From a virus, in the IMG/VR virus record IMGVR_UViG_3300048907_000144: 64,000 nt of DNA; one strand, given 5' to 3'. Below are positions 43,961 to 51,722 of the stretch, in pieces. The translations under genes were made by a program, and so were the position numbers. Numbering within the stretch: position 1 is the first letter of the stretch; every line of letters begins with the position of its first letter. Below the pieces are notes generated by a model that was not told the DNA's origin, did not search any database, and worked only from the letters and a program-made list of their open reading frames with translations.

Positions 43961-46900
43961 TAGACCGCCTCTACTTCCTTCAGGTGGACATGCATCGTGC
44001 CGCCGGGCTTGCCCTCGACCTTGATGACCTTGACCGGCGTGTGGGCCTTGATCAGCACCTCACCGCCTGCTTCGCTCGGGTTGAACTTGCCGAGGTCCTT
44101 CGCACGCGTCTTATGCGGCGGCAGAGGCTCGATCGTGCATTGCATGTTGCCGCCGAACGAGCCCGACTTTCCGCAGCTCGAAAAGCCATGCCACTGAATG
44201 ATCGCGCCAGGAACATAGGTTGCTTGAGTCTCTGTGTCGGCAGTGAACCCGCGGTAGATCGTGCCAACGTAAGGCGGCATCTTCGTCAACGCAGTGTTGA
44301 TCGCGTTGGCGAACACGTGGGTCTTGTCATCCCATACGCCGCTGCGCAGCTTGGCGTTGGCCGCGTAAGCATTCGGCCCGACGTAGCTCTGGATCATCGC
44401 GCTTTCGAACGGCGTAACCGGGTAGCCGTGCTTTCCGGTGCCTTCCTCGTAGAACTTCTTGAACTGCTGAATGATCTTCGCTTTGTCGCCGCCAGCGAGT
44501 TGAACGAGCGTGTCGACCTGCTCGGCGTGCTCTGGATCGATCCCGATGTCGGCCGCGATCTTCGCAAGCTCGGCTTGATGCTTGGCGCTCTCGGCCTTCG
44601 CCTTAGCCTCTGCCTCGATCTTCGCCAGCTTGGTCGCGGCCGCCTGTTCCTTCTTGAGCTGGGCAGTTGCCTTTGCAGCGACCTCCGCTTCCATCTCGTC
44701 AATCTTGGCCAGCGCTGCCTTGGTCGCCTTGTACTCGGCGACCTTCTGCTCCAGCTCGTGCGCCTCGGGCGTCTTGGTCGCCCACTTCTCGTTGAACGCC
44801 TTAACCACAGCCTTGCCCAACTCAGAGGTGGGCGCGGGGTAGAACGTCCCGGTCTTCTTCGCCTTCTCCAGTTCGGCCGCTGTCGCTGTGGCCTTCGTGA
44901 ACTTCTGTTCCAGCTTCGTCATCCACTCGGTCTGGCCGCCTAGAAGCTCCTCTTCAGCAGCTTCCGCCTCGATCTCGGCCTCGGCCGCAGCCTTGACGTG
45001 TGCAGGAAGGTCCGCGCCGGGGACGTCGAGCGTCTTCTGGTACTCGGCCAGCCAGTTCTTCCGCGCAATCAGCGTGGCAGCAACGCCTTGCCCAGCAAGC
45101 CCATGTTGGTTGACCAGCGCAATAATCGAGTAATCCGGGATCGCCAGCACCTTGTCGATGGACGCCGAGACCTCGGCGTCGGTCATGTTCCCGAACACCG
45201 ACGCAGTCTGCGCGTTGATCTTCGGATCGCGCATGGACGTGATCTCGCCCACAGTCGAGCCGAACTCCTTGGTCTCGCCCTGCGCCCGGTACATGAGCGT
45301 GCCGCCCTGGTCGATCCGGAACGGGACCCCCGATGGCGAAAGCAGAACGTTATTGTTGTCTTGCCCCATCACGTCGCGGTTGCCGAGCCATGCGTCGACC
45401 GCAAAGTTCTCGCGCAGGTACAGGATGGCCCCGCCCTGCTCGTCCAGCGTCCCTTGCGAGTACGTCTTGGTACCCGGGATAAACTCGCTCGCAACTGCCG
45501 GCTTGCCCTCCAACACGGTCTTGACCTCGTGCGAGACCGGCACGCCCGCGAGCTTGTAGAGCTGGTTCGATAATAGGTCGGCGTTGACGTGCGCCTCGGT
45601 CTTCGGCGTCTTCACGTACCACTTCTGTCCAGTCATCGGCGCCAGATAGAACCCGCCCGCCACGCTACCCGCTTGGCCACCAACCTTGGTCCAGGCCGGC
45701 GTTGCGCCTGGAATGGTGGCCTTGGCCTCGGCTTGCTCGCCTTCATACGCGGGCGTGCCCGGCTCAGCTCCCGTCGTCAGCTCGGGTGGATCAAACGGGA
45801 TCGGGTCCGGTTTGGGCGTCGGTGCGTGCTCTTGATTGGATTCGGCAAGCGTCGGCTGATAGCCGTACTGCTTGCCCTTGTAGATCATGGCGTTGGCTTG
45901 CGCCTCCAGCCCCTTCTCCTTCTTGAGCAGCCCCTGCTTGTAATAGGACTCGCCGATCTTCTGCTTGAGCCCGCTTATGATCGAGACGTCGGCACCGTGG
46001 CTCTTGGCCTCCTCGACCAGCTTGCCAACGATATAGCGGTAGTTGTCGTTGCGCTTGGCCTCGTTCTGCAGCGTGTTCTGCACCCGCATCTCGTGGTGCG
46101 CCTTGTCCTTCGACGGCTCGAACAGCTTCTTCTTTGGTGCTGCTGGCCCGCCGGTAGCACCACCACTAATCCCTCCACCAGTGATCGAGGCGAACTGCCC
46201 GCCCTCGGACGTGCCCGCCGGCTCACGCGGCTGGTTCGGATTCCACGCGTCCTCACGCAGGAACCTGTTCTCGAACTTCCTCGGTGCAAGCCTTGCGAGA
46301 GCGCGATGGCGTTTGCGCCCCAACTGTTCAAGCAGCAGCTCGCGCTCCGTCTTCTTGCGCGCGTCCTCGATTGCCTCATCGCGACTGAACCGCTTGTCGT
46401 CCCACGGGAACCACGTGCACCGACAGTTCGGATGGATCGGCAACGTGTCTTCCACATCGTCAATATCGTGCGGCGAATTGGCAGCGAACGCGTCGCACTC
46501 GATACAGACGAACTCGTCCTCCGCGGTGCGTACGCCGACCTCGATCGGCTCCGTGACTTCGCTCAACTCCCACTCGGGACGCGCTGGCTTCTTCTCGCGA
46601 TAGCCCTTGTGCTTGGCGTCGTGCGTGAGCGCGTCGCCCAACCCGCCCGGCAGCAGCAACGCTTGCTTGGGCAGCAGCTTCTCAGCAACCACGCCCACCT
46701 TGGTAATCCCGGCCGCCCGATACGCCGCCAGCCGTCCGCGGTTGTGGCACGCCACGCAGAACGTATTCGCCAGCGCCATGACCCGCCGCGGCCCGACCTT
46801 GTCGAACGCCTTGGCCATGCGGCGCCAGGTCATGGTCTTGTTGGCCCGGCGCTTGGTGAGCGCGATCGCCGCCTCGCGCATGAGCGCTTGGACCACGGCC

Positions 46901-47289
46901 GCCTCGATCGCCTGCAACTCGATCTTAGCCAGCTCAGCCCAGGCGCCAGAGCCCTCACCGGGCGCTTCCGAGCGGGTCTGGAGCGCCCCAACCGCCTCCC
47001 CGCTGGCCCAGGCCCTGGCAACCCATTGGCTTAGCCAGGGGCCCTCTAGGGCTTGCCCAGCCGCTACCCGCGCCCAGCCATTGAAAGCCTGCAGCCGGGT
47101 CTCGGGCGGCTGTAGCGCCAGCCCACCCCCGCCCAGCCCCAGCACATCGTGCTCGATCACCGCCTGCCGCATCGCCGAGCGGAACATGTTGAGACGCAGC
47201 TTGCCGGCCGCCCGGAAGCTCCGTCTGATCCCCGCGGTGCCGGTTGGATCGGGCCCGCGCGCGTCGGTGACGAACGCGTGGATGTTCAC
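43957..47289 (-). CDS. MuF (gpF)-family head protein fused to kinase-like and ADP-ribosyltransferase domains
   Basis: DPTGT start and CIEC...HPNCRC (MuF); YVK...DAWLGNRD...NV...RIDQG (HipA/PI3-4 kinase-like); IYRG...FSSC...GEVL (R-S-E ART). Confidence 0.85.
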   Translation of the reverse strand: MNIHAFVTDARGPDPTGTAGIRRSFRAAGKLRLNMFRSAMRQAVIEHDVLGLGGGGLALQPPETRLQAFNGWARVAAGQALEGPWLSQWVARAWASGEAVGALQTRSEAPGEGSGAWAELAKIELQAIEAAVVQALMREAAIALTKRRANKTMTWRRMAKAFDKVGPRRVMALANTFCVACHNRGRLAAYRAAGITKVGVVAEKLLPKQALLLPGGLGDALTHDAKHKGYREKKPARPEWELSEVTEPIEVGVRTAEDEFVCIECDAFAANSPHDIDDVEDTLPIHPNCRCTWFPWDDKRFSRDEAIEDARKKTERELLLEQLGRKRHRALARLAPRKFENRFLREDAWNPNQPREPAGTSEGGQFASITGGGISGGATGGPAAPKKKLFEPSKDKAHHEMRVQNTLQNEAKRNDNYRYIVGKLVEEAKSHGADVSIISGLKQKIGESYYKQGLLKKEKGLEAQANAMIYKGKQYGYQPTLAESNQEHAPTPKPDPIPFDPPELTTGAEPGTPAYEGEQAEAKATIPGATPAWTKVGGQAGSVAGGFYLAPMTGQKWYVKTPKTEAHVNADLLSNQLYKLAGVPVSHEVKTVLEGKPAVASEFIPGTKTYSQGTLDEQGGAILYLRENFAVDAWLGNRDVMGQDNNNVLLSPSGVPFRIDQGGTLMYRAQGETKEFGSTVGEITSMRDPKINAQTASVFGNMTDAEVSASIDKVLAIPDYSIIALVNQHGLAGQGVAATLIARKNWLAEYQKTLDVPGADLPAHVKAAAEAEIEAEAAEEELLGGQTEWMTKLEQKFTKATATAAELEKAKKTGTFYPAPTSELGKAVVKAFNEKWATKTPEAHELEQKVAEYKATKAALAKIDEMEAEVAAKATAQLKKEQAAATKLAKIEAEAKAKAESAKHQAELAKIAADIGIDPEHAEQVDTLVQLAGGDKAKIIQQFKKFYEEGTGKHGYPVTPFESAMIQSYVGPNAYAANAKLRSGVWDDKTHVFANAINTALTKMPPYVGTIYRGFTADTETQATYVPGAIIQWHGFSSCGKSGSFGGNMQCTIEPLPPHKTRAKDLGKFNPSEAGGEVLIKAHTPVKVIKVEGKPGGTMHVHLKEVEAVY

Positions 47290-47468
47290 TCTAGCCGCAC
47301 TCGCAAATTGTCGACGACTATGGCGAGGTCATTGAACTTGCCGCAATCCAACAGGTGCTGCGGACATTGGCCGCGCAGGAACGGGTGCGGCGCAGCTAAG
47401 AACAACTCCACCGCCTCCGGGCCGCCCAGCAAGCGCAACAGTCGGTTGCAGATTTCGGTCTCGCTCAT
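47286..47468 (-). CDS. MbcA/ParS/Xre antitoxin C-terminal (DUF2384)-like mini-protein
   Basis: MSETEICNRLLRLLGGPEAVELFLAAPHPFLRGQCPQHLLDCGKFNDLAIVVDNL; stop overlaps the MuF ATG. Confidence 0.65.
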   Translation of the reverse strand: MSETEICNRLLRLLGGPEAVELFLAAPHPFLRGQCPQHLLDCGKFNDLAIVVDNLRVRLE

Positions 47469-47724
47469 ATCCCACCACCTCCGCACATGGCGGACATTGC
47501 GGCTGCATGGTCTCGGGACACCACGGCCAGAAGAAGTGCGTGCCCAGCATTCCGAACACGATCCCGACCGCGAACGGCAGCAGCGGCCAAGTCTCCGCCC
47601 AGCCACGCACCGTGGCCGACAGCGTCACCCCGCCTTTGTTGATCGCGCGCGCCTCCAAGATGATGAAGGTCACGAACAACGCGGATAGCCACAGAAACCA
47701 GACGCCACTCCAGTCCAGCGTCAT
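47329..47724 (-). CDS. small two-TM membrane protein
   Basis: WFLWLSALFVTFIILEARAI...TLSATVR...WP...GTHFFW; 3' end overlaps the next gene. Confidence 0.6.
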   Translation of the reverse strand: MTLDWSGVWFLWLSALFVTFIILEARAINKGGVTLSATVRGWAETWPLLPFAVGIVFGMLGTHFFWPWCPETMQPQCPPCAEVVGYERDRNLQPTVALAGRPGGGGVVLSCAAPVPARPMSAAPVGLRQVQ

Positions 47725-47951
47725 AACGGGTCAACGCACTGCGCGCTGCTCACCCAGCGTTCCCACGCTTCGATGGTGCCCCAATTCACCTGAGTCGACG
47801 CGAGCCTACGACGATCGTGGCTGCAGCCGGGGATCATCACCGCCAAGCGCTGGCATTCCAACGCATTGCCGCGGAACAGCTCACAGGAGAACGCGGACGG
47901 CATGCGCGCGTCGGCGAACTCAACCGCGATGGTGACCACGTGGGTTTCCAT
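47721..47951 (-). CDS. hypothetical protein
   Basis: GAGG RBS; METHVVTIAV start. Confidence 0.55.
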   Translation of the reverse strand: METHVVTIAVEFADARMPSAFSCELFRGNALECQRLAVMIPGCSHDRRRLASTQVNWGTIEAWERWVSSAQCVDPL

Positions 47952-47958
47952 GCCGACC

Positions 47959-48243
47959 TCATCGGCGTTGAGGCGGGTCCGGAACGATCTCGTGCACCTT
48001 GCCATCGGGCGATGTGATCCGTACGCCATGTCCACTCTTCAGCGTGTCGACGATCTGCACGATCGCCTTCTGCGGAAACGCGCACGCCCACTCGTGGAGA
48101 AAGATGCGCAACGAGCTCGGCAGCACGTCGTGGCCCGCCATGTTCTCGGCAGCCTTCGCATGCGCCTGATCAGCCGAGGGGCGGGCGACGTTTTGCCTTC
48201 GCCCCGGAATCAAGCCCAGGGTAGATGTCCGCACGGGGCTCAC
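47959..48243 (-). CDS. hypothetical protein
   Basis: ORF track; start uncertain (48141 also possible). Confidence 0.5.
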   Translation of the reverse strand: MSPVRTSTLGLIPGRRQNVARPSADQAHAKAAENMAGHDVLPSSLRIFLHEWACAFPQKAIVQIVDTLKSGHGVRITSPDGKVHEIVPDPPQRR

Positions 48244-48381
48244 CGAACTCCTCCTTCATCAACTCGAGCAGCACGTCAGCGTCCCACTTATACCGCTTAA
48301 TGCGCAGCTCGTTCGCTCGCTTGGTGTCAGAACTCTCAGTGTAGACGAGCAGGCTGCCATCAGCCGGCGTCCTCGGAGTCC

Positions 48382-49905
48382 TCAGCCCACCGGCGGCTTC
48401 GCCGTCTTCCCGCTCGTGGCCAGGGGCCGGGACCCGTTCGTCTTCGGCACCGCCCCCGGCACCGGCTTCGCCCCCGGAGGCGCCGGCGGCATGCTCATGT
48501 TGATCAACCCCTGCTTCTTGGTCTCCAGCTCGAGCATGTCGTGCTCGTCCTCGTCCGGCTCGAGATCGTTCTCCGCCGCCGCTTGCTCGAAGCCCGGGTA
48601 GAACCCGTCCTCGATCACCTGGTTCGCTCTCGCCTCGCGCAGCACATCCGGATTGATCAGCCCCGTGTCCACATCGATCTTGTGCGCCTGCGCCTTCTTC
48701 AACCACACGTCCGCCTTCTGAACCTCGTCCATCTGCCAGAGAGGTTTCCATGTGTAATAAATCTCTTCTGGGCGGTCCCCTAAGGCGTGGCGTATGAGCA
48801 CCTCATCCAATCGCGCGAGCGCAGGCTGGACCTTGATTGCTTGCTCAGACTGCAGCCGATCATAGTAGTTTCGGATGTCGGAAGCACCCGTCGCGTTCAT
48901 GCCTGACGGCTCTCTCCCAAGTAATCGTGTCGCTGGGATGTCGGCAGCTCCTGCAGCGACGTTCATGTACATGCCCATCACTTGGTCCATGTTGCTGAAC
49001 GTCAGCGCGATCCGCTCCCACTCCTCATTCGCATCAATCAGCGTGGCGTTGACCGTGCTCTTCGCCGCCATCGTGAACGAGAACCGGTTGCGCAACTTCT
49101 CGGTGCCAACCGTGGTCGACAACATCTCCAGTAGCCCTGGTATCTTAATCACGTCGAGCTTGGCCTCAGCAATCATCGACGCAATCGAACTATTGACGAG
49201 CCCGGCCGCTTTCACCGCGTCGATCACCGGCTGGAGACAACTGTCCGACCACGAGTCCTGCGAGTAGCTCAGGTCGGGATATTCCAACCCTAGCAACCGC
49301 ACCACCCGCGACGGATGGATCAGCAGCTCATCCCCTGGCTTGTAACCTAGCGACGATAGCTCGAGCGGAGGCTTCACCTGCTCCTGCGCAATCGTCATCG
49401 TGTTCGTGCGCTTGTAATAGCTCGGCTCGCCATACCACGGAGACGTCAGGTCCTTGATCAGCGTCCCAGCCTCGAGCTCCCAGCGCGACACAACATGGAC
49501 GAACGCGAGGTCGCCCTCGCCGACGCTTTCGACGTCCAGCTCCTCCTCGAACTTCTGGCCCTCGACGCCCATGATTAACGCAGCGCCGCCGAACAGCCGT
49601 GCCTTCGACATCGCCTGCATCAGCTTGCGCTGAATGCCGAGGTCCTTCTCGCACTCCTCGATCAGCTCGATTTCATCGTCGTCCGCGTGCCAGTCACGCC
49701 ATGCCCGACACGAGTCGAACGCCGGAACGTCGATGATCTTGCGGCACAGCCAATCACCACGGTACGCGGCGTTTAGCTGTTCGGGGTCAATCAGCTCGAG
49801 CACGAACCTCTGCGCAGCGCTCTTGTCCTTGGCCGGGTCGCCGAACCCAGCCAGGAAGTTGCGCATGCCGTCGTAGACGGACTTCAGCTGAGTCACGGCC
49901 GCCAT
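48382..49905 (-). CDS. portal protein (DUF1073/HI1409-like)
   Basis: YDGMRNF...AAYRGDWLCRKIIDVPAFDSCRAW...RLFGGA...AADIPATRLLGREPSGMNATGASD..NYYD. Confidence 0.9.
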   Translation of the reverse strand: MAAVTQLKSVYDGMRNFLAGFGDPAKDKSAAQRFVLELIDPEQLNAAYRGDWLCRKIIDVPAFDSCRAWRDWHADDDEIELIEECEKDLGIQRKLMQAMSKARLFGGAALIMGVEGQKFEEELDVESVGEGDLAFVHVVSRWELEAGTLIKDLTSPWYGEPSYYKRTNTMTIAQEQVKPPLELSSLGYKPGDELLIHPSRVVRLLGLEYPDLSYSQDSWSDSCLQPVIDAVKAAGLVNSSIASMIAEAKLDVIKIPGLLEMLSTTVGTEKLRNRFSFTMAAKSTVNATLIDANEEWERIALTFSNMDQVMGMYMNVAAGAADIPATRLLGREPSGMNATGASDIRNYYDRLQSEQAIKVQPALARLDEVLIRHALGDRPEEIYYTWKPLWQMDEVQKADVWLKKAQAHKIDVDTGLINPDVLREARANQVIEDGFYPGFEQAAAENDLEPDEDEHDMLELETKKQGLINMSMPPAPPGAKPVPGAVPKTNGSRPLATSGKTAKPPVG

Positions 49906-49906
49906 G

Positions 49907-50149
49907 TCAGGCCGCCCTCGCCCGCGCGATGGTCCTGTTGAGGATCGTTGTTCGGATGTGTGACGTCATCGTGCTCCCTTCGGGACACGATTTCTCAAGT
50001 CCCCAGTACAACTGTCCGAGCGTCATGTCGTGGTCACGAGCCATCGCCTTGAACATGCGCCAGAACTCAGCCTCCAGTGACACGCTGTACTTGTGCCCTC
50101 TGAACGAGAGCGAGTGCTTTGTCATCAAACTTGGCAGGTCCCCGTACAT
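49907..50149 (-). CDS. ribbon-helix-helix (RHH_4-like) DNA-binding protein
   Basis: KHSLSFRGHKYSVSLEAEFWRMFKAMA...MTSHIR. Confidence 0.8.
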   Translation of the reverse strand: MYGDLPSLMTKHSLSFRGHKYSVSLEAEFWRMFKAMARDHDMTLGQLYWGLEKSCPEGSTMTSHIRTTILNRTIARARAA

Positions 50150-50158
50150 GTGCCCCTC

Positions 50159-50455
50159 CTATCGGAGCAACACCGACACCCCCCACATGATCAAACAAAG
50201 CAAGACGCCGGCACCGGCCCCGAGCCCGAACGCCGAGCGAACGTGGTGCGCCATGGAGGCGGCGATCTCGCGCGAGATCGCTTGCTCCTCGTTGAGCGCC
50301 GCGCGCAGCTGGTCGATCACCGTGTCCCGCGTGGACACCTCGATCGCCAATCGCTGGTTTTCACGCCGCGCCAGCTCAAGCTCCTTCGCTTGAGCGATGT
50401 AGCCTTCGCCGTCGCCGTTGCCTTTCTTGCCAGCCATTGTGTGCAGCCAGCTCAC
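50159..50455 (-). CDS. coiled-coil protein with C-terminal TM helix
   Basis: ORF track; hydrophobic C-terminus. Confidence 0.6.
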   Translation of the reverse strand: MSWLHTMAGKKGNGDGEGYIAQAKELELARRENQRLAIEVSTRDTVIDQLRAALNEEQAISREIAASMAHHVRSAFGLGAGAGVLLCLIMWGVSVLLR

Positions 50456-50826
50456 GGCGGCATCACAAACGGGGCGTGATTGATCGGCTGCGGCTCGTCG
50501 CTCTGCAGCTTAGGCAGCTGAGACGGCGGTCTCGGCAGCATTTGTCGGTACAGCTCCCGGTCCCGCTCCAGCGCATTGACGACGATCTCCACGACCTCCT
50601 TGCTGACGCAGTTGGCCATCAGCGAGTCGGTCTGCTGCTGCCATTTGATGATCTGATCTACCGCCATCTGGCGCTGCGCCAACGTCTGGCTGTTCGAGTA
50701 GAACAGGAACACCACCAGCGCGAAGTTCATGACCACGAGCGCGAGGCTCAGCGGCTGCATCTTCATGATCTCCATGAAGGTGCCAGTCGCCTTGCCGACC
50801 TCCTCGGTGATGCCACCAGGGTTCAT
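50452..50826 (-). CDS. single-TM hypothetical protein
   Basis: LSLALVVMNFALVVFLFY helix. Confidence 0.65.
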   Translation of the reverse strand: MNPGGITEEVGKATGTFMEIMKMQPLSLALVVMNFALVVFLFYSNSQTLAQRQMAVDQIIKWQQQTDSLMANCVSKEVVEIVVNALERDRELYRQMLPRPPSQLPKLQSDEPQPINHAPFVMPP

Positions 50827-50853
50827 ACCGCACTCCGCAGTCTGTGCCCTGAT

Positions 50854-50988
50854 TCAGTTTGGTCTAATCACCATCAGCACGAGCATCGCCAACACGAAGA
50901 AAATGATCGCCACACCCCAATGGACAAAGTACGCGAACCCAATCGTCACGAGAGAGACGGCTAGGTTCGCCGCCAGCCAGATGACCAC
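50854..50988 (-). CDS. small two-TM peptide
   Basis: GTG start after GGAG; wholly hydrophobic. Confidence 0.5.
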   Translation of the reverse strand: MVIWLAANLAVSLVTIGFAYFVHWGVAIIFFVLAMLVLMVIRPN

Positions 50989-50989
50989 C

Positions 50990-51583
50990 TCACCATCTCC
51001 ACTGTGACGGGTAGCCCGGCCACTGCTGTTGGGGCTGCTGGTAAGTAGGTCGTGGAGCCGCGCGCGGTGTCGGCTTTGGCTTCGGCTTAGGCTTCGGAGG
51101 CGGACGGTCAACAACCTTCTCTCGCTTGCGCTTGCCTTTAACGTCAGCGTCGTATGGCGAGGGTGGGGGCTGATCGAAGCGCATCACCGCTTCCTTGCCC
51201 CACGAATAATGTTCGTAGTCCTCGACGTTGCAACTCGTGGGCACCGGCCCGAACACGATCAGCGCCCCTCCGTAGGTCACAACGCCGCGTATGGCGTAGC
51301 TGATCGCCTTGCAGTCCTTGCTGAATGCCCACGCCTCCCCGATCAGGATGTCTTCTTCCCACTGACCACGGACGAGCATCGTGCCGTCTGTGACGCCAAG
51401 CTCGCGCAGGTTGGCAGGAACGTTCGCGCCGAACGCGATCTCCATGCCGTTGTCGGCTGCGCGCCTGAGCACCATCTCGGTGCCGTCGTGCCAGACCTTG
51501 CGCGCTTCCTCAGCGTGTGCCGGCGAGCTCAGAAGGAGGAGGCACACGGGTATTGGCGCGCACCATGTTCTCGATGTCTTCAC
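50990..51583 (-). CDS. exported hypothetical protein with Pro/Lys-rich tail
   Basis: LLLLSSPAHA signal; PKPKPKP tail. Confidence 0.65.
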   Translation of the reverse strand: MKTSRTWCAPIPVCLLLLSSPAHAEEARKVWHDGTEMVLRRAADNGMEIAFGANVPANLRELGVTDGTMLVRGQWEEDILIGEAWAFSKDCKAISYAIRGVVTYGGALIVFGPVPTSCNVEDYEHYSWGKEAVMRFDQPPPSPYDADVKGKRKREKVVDRPPPKPKPKPKPTPRAAPRPTYQQPQQQWPGYPSQWRW

Positions 51584-51722
51584 GCGTTGCTGCCCACGTC
51601 CGTTCCCCTTTGAGCAACGCTTCTACATCAAAGATCACATCCCACAGCGGGTCCATCGAGCCCTTTTTTTCGGTCAGGTATCGGGCCCGATACAGCCACG
51701 CCTGCAGCTCGATGTCAGTCAT
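51510..51722 (-). CDS. hypothetical protein
   Basis: MTDIELQAWL start overlapping the TerL end. Confidence 0.5.
   Translation of the reverse strand: MTDIELQAWLYRARYLTEKKGSMDPLWDVIFDVEALLKGERTWAATREDIENMVRANTRVPPPSELAGTR

Noticed and set aside
6464-47034. Long + strand ORFs opposite structural genes (for example 6464-7705, 8192-9232, 43984-44943, 45589-47034)
   Set aside because: Shadow frames expected in GC-rich coding DNA; Arg/Ala-rich, no motifs or RBS, fully antisense to well-supported genes
48170-48385. Small gene between portal and the 47959 ORF
   Set aside because: One frame looks protein-like (KRANELRIKRYKWDADVLLELM), but I found no convincing start codon or RBS outside the portal gene
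48382-49905. Anti-CBASS (Acb1) function for the DUF1073-like protein
   Set aside because: Some pipelines attach that label to this family, but size, motifs and position between terminase and MuF indicate the portal
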